From IMG/VR virus record IMGVR_UViG_3300042402_007568, positions 1 through 28,192 of that record: 28,192 nucleotides of DNA. One strand, 5' to 3'. Below, piece after piece: positions 8,860 to 18,039 of the stretch. The notes below the pieces were generated by a model. The model did not search any database, was not told the DNA's origin, and saw only the letters and a program-made list of their open reading frames with translations. Both the position numbers and the translations under genes were made by a program. This stretch comes from a virus. Taxonomy: Duplodnaviria > Caudoviricetes. How positions within the stretch are numbered: position 1 is the stretch's first letter; each line of letters starts with the position of its first letter.

Positions 8860-9141
8860 TTAAGAATTTAATTGTTGGTTAGGGTCTTGATTTTGGATTT
8901 GAGATCCCGTTCCCTGAGATTTTCTATATCCCAAAAGACCCGCTCCAATTCCAGTAAAAACGACAGATTGCAGGAGAATGTCATTGTCCTTAACCATAGA
9001 TCCATAAAGGAAGCATATACTACCTATCGTGCATATTAAAACCCCCATAGTTCCACTAGCAGAAGTTTTACCATTAGAGTTTGACGTCATTTGAGCAAAG
9101 CTGAATTTGCCCATCATTTCTTTAAGGTCTTTTAATCCCAT
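8860..9141 (-). CDS. Small two-transmembrane protein, holin-like
   Basis: Exactly fills the gap between the gp15- and gp14-like genes. Two hydrophobic segments (GTMGVLICTIGSICFLYGSMV; ILLQSVVFTGIGAGLLGY) followed by RK and a polar tail. Confidence 0.7.
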   Translation of the reverse strand: MGLKDLKEMMGKFSFAQMTSNSNGKTSASGTMGVLICTIGSICFLYGSMVKDNDILLQSVVFTGIGAGLLGYRKSQGTGSQIQNQDPNQQLNS

Positions 9142-9159
9142 ACCTGAATTTTATTCACT

Positions 9160-9169
9160 GATATATATG
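9160..9169. promoter_or_regulatory. Putative bidirectional late promoter (GATATATA on plus, CATATATA on minus)
   Basis: Palindromic ATATATAT core in the 32-nt gap between the divergent starts at 9141 and 9174. Confidence 0.6.
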
Positions 9170-9173
9170 AGAA

Positions 9174-11345
9174 ATGACGGATCCAATTATTTTTTCCAGC
9201 ATAGGAAACTATAGAATAATTAACTATAGCGAAGCTTTTACCGATGTAGAAAAGTTTAAGGGGTGGATTATAGAAACCTCAGGGGAATCTGGTGTTTCCA
9301 GATACCTCAAAAAAGAATTTAGATGGAGCATAAATAACAGTAATTGGTCCCTATGGATACAATTAACGGAAGAAAATGTAAATTCATTAGATCTAAATCA
9401 CGAAAATAAACTATACTTAGAATTTAAGTTTACTGCGGTATCCGATGAGGATGCCAGCCCATATTTTTCAGAGGGAACTAGATTAGATCCTGCTATTGAG
9501 ATAGAAAATTTTGATTTGGATCTAGAATATTTCGTTCCAGATTATAGAGATCTAATTGTAAAACCTGCAGTTCTCTGTTCTAGAGAAATGTATACCCGGT
9601 CGATTATTTTCAATGACAATTGTGATCCAAATAAAGTTTTTAAACCGTACGATGTTAATAGGGGTATAAATGTTTATCAAGACCTAAGTAAAACTGTAAA
9701 TACCCTATTTGGCCATGAGGTAAATTATTACTCAGTCCAACCAAATGGAAGAGGTAAAGATATAGTTTTAAGAGAATATAGTTTATTCGACGTTGTTGCT
9801 GAAAAGTGTGTAAAGGTAATGGTTCCTGGAAATAATTTTCCAGACAATAAACCAATTTACGATACATTCGGTATACAGTTCGAAAACCCGATAGAAATAC
9901 ACATAGACAGAAAATATTTTGAAAGTATTTTTGGTAAAGGAGCACAGCCCAGAAAAAGAGATATTATCTTCTTTCCTTTAACTAATAGAATCTATCAAAT
10001 AGAATCTACGTATCTGCACAGGGATTTCAATCTTTATCCTGTTTTCTTCAAGTGTCAATTAGTGAAATATGAGGTTAAGAAAAACACACAGTTTATCAAT
10101 AAAGAAGCGGAAAAAGATCTACTTGATTACACAGTAAATACGCAGGATCTTTTCGGGGCAGATACCCAGGAAGAAATAGAAAAAGTTGTTAAACCTCAAC
10201 AATACTTTGTTTCATCGCAGAGAAGAAATGAAGACCCAACTAGAGATTATATAGATTATTATTTACCAATTATAGAATATGATTTAAATAATAACTGGAC
10301 AATCGTTTTTAATAATTATTACGATCTAGAAAGATTTTTATACGAGGATCCAAAATCTACATCCAAGACGGACGAGCAGAGACAGGCAGTTAGATATAAA
10401 TCTCTTCCCTCCCTAGGCGATAACGAGGAAATATCATTCACTTGCTGGTTTAGTGTTAAGAATTACATAGACAAAACAAAATTAGTAAATAAGCCAGCTT
10501 CTAAAATAGCTATAACTTCATATACCCAATCCGATGGATTCATAACATATTCAACATATCCGATAGCTCATAAATTAAGTTTAGGCACAAACCCGGAGGG
10601 ATATGTCTCGATTATAGCGGATTCTCCAAGAAGTGGGGGATTTAAAATAATAGGAATTCCGGATGCTTATAGTTTTACAGTTAAAGATAGCGGAGTTGCT
10701 ATATCTTCTTCCATTGCAACATGGAAAATGCAAAAGGCTCAGGCTAGAACTTTAATATACGGAAGAAAGGATAATAAAGGGATCTGGATACAAATGATTT
10801 GGTCAGGATCAAATGAAACTGAAACTTCAACATCTTATATTCAAACAGGATCATTTAGAATTTTAATAAATGATTTAGAAATACTTTCTCCGTTTGGATC
10901 TGGTACGTCTTCTACTTTAGGTCAGTTCGTTCCTTCTTTGGATGATTGGTACGGATTTGTATTTAATTTCTCGAATATATTTAAACAGTACTCGGTAAAT
11001 GTTTGGAAAATGCTATATGATCCAGAAAATCCAGAAGCTCAAACCTCTGATCTTGGATTAATCCATAATAAAGAGGGATTAATCACACAAAAATATACAT
11101 ATAGCTTACCCTCTGATATAGAATTGGATAATCAGAAAGAAACGTGGAAAACCGATAATAATTCATACAAGATATTAGGAAGCCCGATTTTATTAACAAA
11201 TTTAAGAATCTTCCAAAATATGATAGAAAAAGAAAAGCAATCTGCAATTTTAAATCAAAATGTAGTTGGAGATTCACAGCTAGCAATAATTATAGATAAT
11301 GCTAAGCCAATATTAAAGCTACCAAAAATTGCTAAAAACAGATAA
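9174..11345 (+). CDS. gp14: Neck/head-closure protein (T4 gp14-like) with N- and C-terminal extra domains
   Basis: Core FGHEVNYY...D.VLREY...FGIQF....EIHI....F...PRKRDIIFFPLTNRIYQI matches gp14 (G..V.Y, FG, P.EGDLIYFP...LFEI). The C-terminal half has LamG-like hints (ISFTCWF, WYGFVF, NLRIF). Confidence 0.72.
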   Translation: MTDPIIFSSIGNYRIINYSEAFTDVEKFKGWIIETSGESGVSRYLKKEFRWSINNSNWSLWIQLTEENVNSLDLNHENKLYLEFKFTAVSDEDASPYFSEGTRLDPAIEIENFDLDLEYFVPDYRDLIVKPAVLCSREMYTRSIIFNDNCDPNKVFKPYDVNRGINVYQDLSKTVNTLFGHEVNYYSVQPNGRGKDIVLREYSLFDVVAEKCVKVMVPGNNFPDNKPIYDTFGIQFENPIEIHIDRKYFESIFGKGAQPRKRDIIFFPLTNRIYQIESTYLHRDFNLYPVFFKCQLVKYEVKKNTQFINKEAEKDLLDYTVNTQDLFGADTQEEIEKVVKPQQYFVSSQRRNEDPTRDYIDYYLPIIEYDLNNNWTIVFNNYYDLERFLYEDPKSTSKTDEQRQAVRYKSLPSLGDNEEISFTCWFSVKNYIDKTKLVNKPASKIAITSYTQSDGFITYSTYPIAHKLSLGTNPEGYVSIIADSPRSGGFKIIGIPDAYSFTVKDSGVAISSSIATWKMQKAQARTLIYGRKDNKGIWIQMIWSGSNETETSTSYIQTGSFRILINDLEILSPFGSGTSSTLGQFVPSLDDWYGFVFNFSNIFKQYSVNVWKMLYDPENPEAQTSDLGLIHNKEGLITQKYTYSLPSDIELDNQKETWKTDNNSYKILGSPILLTNLRIFQNMIEKEKQSAILNQNVVGDSQLAIIIDNAKPILKLPKIAKNR

Positions 11346-11347
11346 TT

Positions 11348-12145
11348 ATGCCAAGAAGACCGCCCAAAAACAAGGAAGGATCTACGCTTTCGAAGGATCA
11401 AGCACTCAAAAAAAAGCAAGAATTAGAAGACTTAATTTTCAATAACGAAACATTGGATGGACTAACTGCTCCGGATATACCACCAATGAAACCCTCGAGA
11501 TTGATGAATTTCGACTCTTTAAAAACAGAAGTTGAAACCGAAGCAAAAAGTATTCTGAATTCTCTTATTAAATTTTATATGGATAGCGATATAATCGAAG
11601 AAAAAGATTATGTCTCGTTCAGATCCAAGATAGATGCCTTAAGTATTTCCACTATGGCTTTTCAAATTAGAACTGCACAACACGCAGTGACTAAGATGCT
11701 AGATGAAATAGACGCTGGTGGTCAATATCAGGCCAGAAATTTTGAGGTATTAGCTCAGATGCAAAATCAGCTAATGCAAATGCCAGCAAAATTTCAGGCA
11801 TATCTAGCAGAAATGGAAAAAACCTATAAAAATTTAAATAATGAGGCTAAACTTCAGGACAACACTAAACAACCAGTGATGTTTGATAGCGAGGGTAACG
11901 AAGTTACCATTCCGGGTTTAAATGGTGATGGCGGAACAGTTAAGGTGAGGGGAAATAAAGGATTCATGGAAGGGCTACAGAGCGTTATAAAAACAGAGGT
12001 TATAGTTAAGAAAGCACATGTAGTAGAAGAGGTTGATAGTAATTTAATAGATCCTAAAAAGAAAGACCTAATTACACCAGAAAACGAATTGAAAAAGCAA
12101 ATAGAAGAAGAAACCAAAATAGAATTAGATGAAGATCTATTTTAA
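11348..12145 (+). CDS. terS: Probable terminase small subunit (gp16-like)
   Basis: Directly upstream of TerL. Helical core with ARNFEVLAQM resembling the PR.(F/Y)EV...L motif of T4-type small terminases. Confidence 0.62.
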   Translation: MPRRPPKNKEGSTLSKDQALKKKQELEDLIFNNETLDGLTAPDIPPMKPSRLMNFDSLKTEVETEAKSILNSLIKFYMDSDIIEEKDYVSFRSKIDALSISTMAFQIRTAQHAVTKMLDEIDAGGQYQARNFEVLAQMQNQLMQMPAKFQAYLAEMEKTYKNLNNEAKLQDNTKQPVMFDSEGNEVTIPGLNGDGGTVKVRGNKGFMEGLQSVIKTEVIVKKAHVVEEVDSNLIDPKKKDLITPENELKKQIEEETKIELDEDLF

Positions 12146-12147
12146 TT

Positions 12148-13959
12148 ATGGCAGCAGAAGAAAAAACACAAAGTAATTATTGGACATCTGCTAGGGTTGA
12201 TGAAATTATCAAAAATGCGGATGAAAAAGGAATAGATTTCAAAGACGTAGATAATCCATTCCACGAAAATGATCCAGAATTAAGAAGAGGCGGAATTCTC
12301 TATGAATACACTGAGTGGGAGGTTTCTGAAATGAAGAAATGCGCTTCCGATGTCATTTATTTTGCTAATACATACTGTAGTGCAATGACCGATGAGGGAA
12401 TTCGTAAAATAACTCTCCGTGATTATCAGGAACAAATCTTAAGCCAATACCAAAAACACAGATTTAATATTTTTCTAAGTCCAAGACAGAGTGGTAAGAC
12501 TGTTACATCTTCAATATTTTTACTATGGTATTTGTTGTTTAATTATGACAAAAATGCCATGATTTTGGCAAATATTGGAGACACTGCAACAGAATTAATG
12601 GATAAGATTAAAATTATCATGAAAGGTCTTCCATTCTTTCTTAAGCCGGGAATTTTGGTTTATAATGTGATGACTATGAAATTCGATAATGGGTGTCGTA
12701 TCATGGCAAAAACAACGACAAAGCAGTCATCTATTGGTTTTACCGTTCACTTCTTATACATGGACGAGTTTGCTCACATTAATCCAAACTTCATCGGACA
12801 ATTTTTCAAATCCGTATATCCAACAATATCTTCGTCTAAAATATCTAGAATTATTATTACTTCGACCCCTAATGGTATGAATAAATTCTATGAGATTTAT
12901 AAATCGGCGATTGACGGAGAAAATGAATTCAATCCAATTAGGGTTGATTGGTGGCAGGTTCCAGGTAGGGACGAAGAATGGAGAAGAAAGGAGATAGCAA
13001 ACCTAGGATCTGAAGAGGACTTTAATCAAGAGTATGGAAATCAATTCCTTAGCTCTTCAAAACTTTTACTCGATTCATACACTTTAAAGAAATTAAAGAA
13101 AACAGAAGTCAAGTTTGTACACAAGGAGCTTTTACCGTTTCAAAACTCAATCCTCGATTACAAAGACCTAGTTTGGCATCCCAATTTCGATCCAACTAAC
13201 CTTTGGGAAGATGGAGAGAACAAAAGATTCGTCATTTCAGTAGATACTGCTGCTGGCGGTGGAGGAGATTATAGTGTTATTAATATACTGAAGGTTTCTC
13301 CTAAACCATTGGCTTTGATAGAAGAAAAAAAGTTTTTTGAGGATGAATCTGACTTTTTTTCTCTTTTGCAGGTTGGAATGTTCAGATCTAACACTATCCA
13401 AATAGAGGAACTTAAAGTCTTCTTAGAAATACTATGTGCTGAGGTTTTTAATCCAGAGCAAATAAAATTAGTTGTGGAAGTTGATTATCGAGGAGAATAT
13501 TTAATTGAAAAACTTCTGACTGGTGAAAAACTTTTTTCCGAAATGTTTGTCTACACTAAACACACAGAAAGCTCTAAGCAGTTAAAAACCGGAGTTAAGG
13601 TAACACCAAAAACAAAAGAAAAATACTGCGAGGATCTAAAAATAAACACCAGAAATTCAAAAATTATTCCAACGGAGATATCCACAATCATGGAATTGAG
13701 CAATTTTGGGGAAACTAGCAAAGGGATTTATCAGAGCCAAATAGGCAATGATGATATAGCAATGACACTAGTAAACGCCAATTCAGTATTTGAATACCAG
13801 GATTTTATGTACCTGGTGATGGATGTTTTTGACACAATTTCAGAAAAATATAAAACTGCGATAAATAAAAAGCTCTCGGAAAGCGGGGAGATCGGAGTAC
13901 AGGGCGATGCTGCTGCCAGAGAAATGGAAACGTATAATGTTTTTAAGGACTTCTTTTAG
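12148..13959 (+). CDS. terL: Terminase large subunit (T4 gp17-like)
   Basis: LRDYQ, Walker A PRQSGKT, Walker B LYMDEFAH, coupling motif ITSTPNG, and nuclease motifs ISVDTA.G.GGDYS and NDDIAM. Confidence 0.96.
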   Translation: MAAEEKTQSNYWTSARVDEIIKNADEKGIDFKDVDNPFHENDPELRRGGILYEYTEWEVSEMKKCASDVIYFANTYCSAMTDEGIRKITLRDYQEQILSQYQKHRFNIFLSPRQSGKTVTSSIFLLWYLLFNYDKNAMILANIGDTATELMDKIKIIMKGLPFFLKPGILVYNVMTMKFDNGCRIMAKTTTKQSSIGFTVHFLYMDEFAHINPNFIGQFFKSVYPTISSSKISRIIITSTPNGMNKFYEIYKSAIDGENEFNPIRVDWWQVPGRDEEWRRKEIANLGSEEDFNQEYGNQFLSSSKLLLDSYTLKKLKKTEVKFVHKELLPFQNSILDYKDLVWHPNFDPTNLWEDGENKRFVISVDTAAGGGGDYSVINILKVSPKPLALIEEKKFFEDESDFFSLLQVGMFRSNTIQIEELKVFLEILCAEVFNPEQIKLVVEVDYRGEYLIEKLLTGEKLFSEMFVYTKHTESSKQLKTGVKVTPKTKEKYCEDLKINTRNSKIIPTEISTIMELSNFGETSKGIYQSQIGNDDIAMTLVNANSVFEYQDFMYLVMDVFDTISEKYKTAINKKLSESGEIGVQGDAAAREMETYNVFKDFF

Positions 13960-13969
13960 GTATTTTTTT

Positions 13970-13977
13970 GATATATA
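13970..13977 (+). promoter_or_regulatory. Putative late promoter GATATATA (distal sheath promoter)
   Basis: Recurrent octamer in the terL-sheath gap. Confidence 0.6.
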
Positions 13978-14015
13978 GATTAAGAGCAGGACTCCCAAAG
14001 TTCTCGCCTCGAAAA

Positions 14016-14023
14016 GATATATA
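14016..14023 (+). promoter_or_regulatory. Putative late promoter GATATATA (proximal sheath promoter)
   Basis: Recurrent octamer 17 nt before the sheath ATG. Confidence 0.65.
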
Positions 14024-14040
14024 CAAGTAAAAAATACAAA

Positions 14041-17000
14041 ATGGCAAAGAAGTTAACTCTGGATCTATCCGTTTTTAAAAGTTCTGGTGTCTATACCTTA
14101 GAATTTGATGCTTCTGAAAATATTGTAGTAAATCCGCAGACAGTAAGATTAGTGGTTGGATTTTCAAACAAGGGCCCATTCAACACTCCGGTGTATGTGC
14201 CAGACATTCAGACAGCAATTAAAGTTTTTGGTGATATTGACAGATCTTTAGAGAAAAAAGGATCGTTCTTCCATCGATCAATATTCACATGCTTAAACAG
14301 TGGACCTGTTTTTGCTCTAAATCTTTTAAAATTAAACAATTCAGTCACTTCTAGTGATGATCCAGATGTTGCTAACGGAGCCGATGTAGCTAGATATAGA
14401 ACTTTCTCCGCGGATACCGCAGAATCAAACGGAACTAATTCAACTGAGGAATACACTAGGGTGAACACAAATTTACCTAAGCAGGATAAATTGGTTTCTT
14501 CTTATTACAATAAAGAAAAGTTTTGGTTCCCAGATCCAAACATGCTTCTTGCCACAACTGACGTAACAGAAAGATCCAAATTATTTAGCTTAGTTAACCT
14601 TAGTCAAAATCCAGTAAGTGTTATTGTAAGAAAATCTCTTGATGCTAGATTGCCAATTAAAGGTTTTGATATCACTGCTCAGGAGTATTTTGGAGCTAAT
14701 AACGTTCCAAACTTCATGAACCCTTATGATTATATTTCCGATTATTTCGTGGATGTTATCGTGGTGAGTGGAAACTGGACTAAATATCAAGAACTTTCAC
14801 TAGATCCAGTTTACTCTTCATATTTCACATCGAAAGGATTTGTAAAGGCTCAAATTGATAATTTCTTAGCACTTAAGGAGGTAAACGTAGTACTTAGTGT
14901 TACTGGATCTTTGATCCCGGATTTTGTAGATCTTAATGGAATCACACAATACATAAAAACATTAGTAAATAATCAGGTTGGACAAACCGGAATTTTATGT
15001 GCAGTTAACGAGGAAGCTCTAGACGATCTTTCTTCCGGTGAATATTCTTATATTGACTTAGTTGGTCACCACTTAACAGGTACTTTAAATCCAGCTAATC
15101 CTGAAATTAATGAAATTGATTTCTTAAGTTATAGCTCTCCTTTAACCGCAGATTTTACATACACACAGAATTCAAACACTGTAACCGATCTAGATAGCCC
15201 ATTCTCTGACTTAGTTGAAATAGGAACTGTATTTGTTGATGCATTCGGTTCCCCTATTGTAGATGGTGTATTTGAAGAAGATTTTTCAACATACAGTCCA
15301 ACAAATTTAGACTCTGGACTTCCTTATCTTCAGACAAATTTCCAAGGTGCTGATGCAGCTAGTAGAAAAACAGCTCTTAAAAATTTCTTAGCTATCACTT
15401 CAACGTCTCCATCTTCTAAATTTATCATCGGTAAAGTTACTGGAAGTATATCAGGTAACGTTGAAGCAAAAAAAGCTTTTGTTCAAGACGATATAGTTAA
15501 ATTAAAAATAGAAGAAGTTAAAGAAGTAACAGTTTCCCCAGGAAACGTTCAGCTTAGAATTAAATGGTCACATCCATTATTCAAGGCAGCTTCTCCTTTA
15601 GTTTCTCCTTGGTACAGAACAAATTTAGGAGGAAGTCATTACCAATTCTGTAAAGCAGATTATTTTGATAGATTCGATCCAATCGAAACAAGTCCCGGAC
15701 CTCTTGGAAGTCCTACTCCTATTTCACCGCAATCTATCGGAAACTTTACATATTTTGGATATTCCGAATCAAAACTATTCTTAGATCATAAAAATGGCCT
15801 AATCAGCGATGGTGATGTTATTTATAAATCTTACGACGGATCTTCAGTACAATATGTTAAATTCGAAAACTCCGTTGATAGAGATGGATTTGAGACAGTA
15901 GAAATGAAATCTTACGTTGACTCCAGCTTCACAACAGAAGAAACTGTTGTTGCACTGGGCATTAGCTATAAGACTTCCTCAACCGGATCATCAGACACTG
16001 TCGATTCAGACCAGGTTAACATCGTTTCAATTGCTGGTAATCTGAATCAATTTGTAAATGTAATATCTGTTATATCAACAAATCAAGTTGAAGTGTCAGT
16101 AAATGAAGCAGCAGCAACATCACTTAAAGTTGGAGATTTGCTAGTTTCTCAGGACGTTGATCTATTTGAGAATTCAGTAGGAAATAAACTTAACAGATTA
16201 ACAAGAATTATTGAATCTAAAAAAGTTCCTGTACCTGGATCTCCGGGTAATTACACAATTTATGTTAAAACGGATAGACCTATACTTTTATATTCTGGTG
16301 CTAATGCTAGAGTTAATAAGTTTAGACCAATACATCAATTTGTAGAAAACTACAAGATGACGTATCTTCCTGGATTCCAAATTAAGACCTCTCATAAACC
16401 TAACGGTTCTGACGATAGACTTGATGATATCCTAGATGTTTTATACAATACTAATATTGCTAAAACTCTTTCTGATAGAAACATTATAACATTCAGATAC
16501 GTTATTGATACATTCGACGGGCAAGTACAAACAAATTCTAAGCATCAGTTAGCTAGACTTGCTAAAGACAGACAAAAATGTCTTGCAATTATAAATGCTC
16601 CTTCTATGGAGAAATTTAAAGATTCCGTAGATCCAAGATTTACTGATGCACCTTCTGCAACAGAACCTGCTCCTTTACTAAGAGCTAAATATATCGCAGA
16701 AGGAGGAAACTTAGAATTAAATCCTTCGTTTAGATTTACTCTTCCTGATGAAGACAGTGGAGCTAAATTCTGTGGTGTGTTTGGTCCTTTCTTAACTATA
16801 AGAGAGAATGGAAAGAATTTCAATATCCCTCCAGCTGCACACGTAAGTAATAATTTCATAAGAAAATTTGTTACTGGCGAACCTTATTCAATCGTGGCTG
16901 GACAAAAAAGAGGGGTTCTTTCGGGATCTAACCTAGTAGGATTAGAATATGATTTCTCACAAGAAGACAGAGACTTCTTAGAGCCTTTTGGATTTAACCC

Positions 17001-17412
17001 AATTATTAGAAAGAGAAATATCGGATTAGTAATATTCGGAAACCAAACCGGATATCAAAGAACTAATTCAGCATTCAATAACTTACACGTTAGAGATTTG
17101 CTTATCACACTAGAAGAAAGCGTGGAGGATATCCTTTCTAATTACGTATTTGATTTTAATGAAGATTCAATCAGACTAGAAATCAAAACTATAGTAGACA
17201 ATTACTTAAGCGGTGTTAAGAATGTTGGAGGTATCTATAACTTCTTAACAATTATGGATTCATCTAATAATACACCTGCTATTATAGATCAAAACTTAGG
17301 AATTATCGATATTATAATCGAACCTGCTAGAGGTATTCATAAGTTTATCAATAGAGTAACTGTTACTAGAACTGGAGGTATTGCTTCAGGAGGTTTCATC
17401 CAATTTAGTTAA
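14041..17412 (+). CDS. gp18: Contractile tail sheath protein (T4 gp18-like), 1123 aa with large central insertions
   Basis: N-terminal SSGVYTLEFD.S and GFSNKGP.NTP. C-terminal PPAAHV, AGQKRG, DRDFL...GFNPI, IFGNQT, SAFNNLHVRDLL, FDFN and NNTP.IID.N. Confidence 0.95.
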   Translation: MAKKLTLDLSVFKSSGVYTLEFDASENIVVNPQTVRLVVGFSNKGPFNTPVYVPDIQTAIKVFGDIDRSLEKKGSFFHRSIFTCLNSGPVFALNLLKLNNSVTSSDDPDVANGADVARYRTFSADTAESNGTNSTEEYTRVNTNLPKQDKLVSSYYNKEKFWFPDPNMLLATTDVTERSKLFSLVNLSQNPVSVIVRKSLDARLPIKGFDITAQEYFGANNVPNFMNPYDYISDYFVDVIVVSGNWTKYQELSLDPVYSSYFTSKGFVKAQIDNFLALKEVNVVLSVTGSLIPDFVDLNGITQYIKTLVNNQVGQTGILCAVNEEALDDLSSGEYSYIDLVGHHLTGTLNPANPEINEIDFLSYSSPLTADFTYTQNSNTVTDLDSPFSDLVEIGTVFVDAFGSPIVDGVFEEDFSTYSPTNLDSGLPYLQTNFQGADAASRKTALKNFLAITSTSPSSKFIIGKVTGSISGNVEAKKAFVQDDIVKLKIEEVKEVTVSPGNVQLRIKWSHPLFKAASPLVSPWYRTNLGGSHYQFCKADYFDRFDPIETSPGPLGSPTPISPQSIGNFTYFGYSESKLFLDHKNGLISDGDVIYKSYDGSSVQYVKFENSVDRDGFETVEMKSYVDSSFTTEETVVALGISYKTSSTGSSDTVDSDQVNIVSIAGNLNQFVNVISVISTNQVEVSVNEAAATSLKVGDLLVSQDVDLFENSVGNKLNRLTRIIESKKVPVPGSPGNYTIYVKTDRPILLYSGANARVNKFRPIHQFVENYKMTYLPGFQIKTSHKPNGSDDRLDDILDVLYNTNIAKTLSDRNIITFRYVIDTFDGQVQTNSKHQLARLAKDRQKCLAIINAPSMEKFKDSVDPRFTDAPSATEPAPLLRAKYIAEGGNLELNPSFRFTLPDEDSGAKFCGVFGPFLTIRENGKNFNIPPAAHVSNNFIRKFVTGEPYSIVAGQKRGVLSGSNLVGLEYDFSQEDRDFLEPFGFNPIIRKRNIGLVIFGNQTGYQRTNSAFNNLHVRDLLITLEESVEDILSNYVFDFNEDSIRLEIKTIVDNYLSGVKNVGGIYNFLTIMDSSNNTPAIIDQNLGIIDIIIEPARGIHKFINRVTVTRTGGIASGGFIQFS

Positions 17413-17435
17413 TTTGATGAACGGAAAGGAGCGGA

Positions 17436-17443
17436 AATATATA
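17436..17443 (+). promoter_or_regulatory. Putative late promoter AATATATA
   Basis: Recurrent octamer 9 nt before the first tube gene. Confidence 0.65.
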
Positions 17444-17452
17444 AAATAAAAA

Positions 17453-18025
17453 ATGGCAGGATTACCACATTATACATCTTCGAAAGCAGCGGTAAACAAG
17501 TATGAACCGATCTATACCAATCAGTTCGAGGTTGTTATTACTCCTCCTGCTTCAGTAGTTCCTCCACAAGGAAATCCTAATAATGGTAATATTCTTCTGG
17601 AACATGTAAAAAGTGTTTCGGGATTAGGTGTAGATCAAAACCCGGGAGAGGTACCTCAGCAGTATAAAAACGCTAAGAGGTACTATGCAGGTTCAAAGCC
17701 TCCTCAAACAGGTTTTGATTTAACCATAAACTTCGAGGTAAACCTAGACGAAAACAATTCCATGTACGTCTTTAAAACTATGAGACAGTGGGCAGATTTG
17801 ATCTATAATCCATTAACAGGAGCTCAAGGATTGAAAAGAGACTATACAGGAACTATAGTAATCAGTGTCTTTAATAAAGCTGGTGACGTTTTTAGAAGAA
17901 TCACTTGTAGAGATTGCTTTATTATGACTAATTTAAGTGCTATGGAGCTCAATTACACCAATACACAATTATGGAATTTGAACGTTCAATGGGCAGTGGA
18001 TTACTTTGATGATGTATTTTTATAA
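17453..18025 (+). CDS. gp19: Tail tube protein (T4 gp19-like), paralogue 1
   Basis: Follows the sheath. 190 aa with NQFEV.I, YAG, MRQW.D, DY.GTI.I and W.VDYF tube-family pattern. Confidence 0.85.
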   Translation: MAGLPHYTSSKAAVNKYEPIYTNQFEVVITPPASVVPPQGNPNNGNILLEHVKSVSGLGVDQNPGEVPQQYKNAKRYYAGSKPPQTGFDLTINFEVNLDENNSMYVFKTMRQWADLIYNPLTGAQGLKRDYTGTIVISVFNKAGDVFRRITCRDCFIMTNLSAMELNYTNTQLWNLNVQWAVDYFDDVFL

Positions 18026-18039
18026 TAATTAAATAAAAA

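Noticed and set aside
1738-13959. Inteins, introns or homing endonucleases in UvsX, helicase, gp46/47 or TerL
   Set aside because: Lengths are ordinary, motifs are contiguous, and no splice-junction or LAGLIDADG/HNH/GIY-YIG motifs were noticed.
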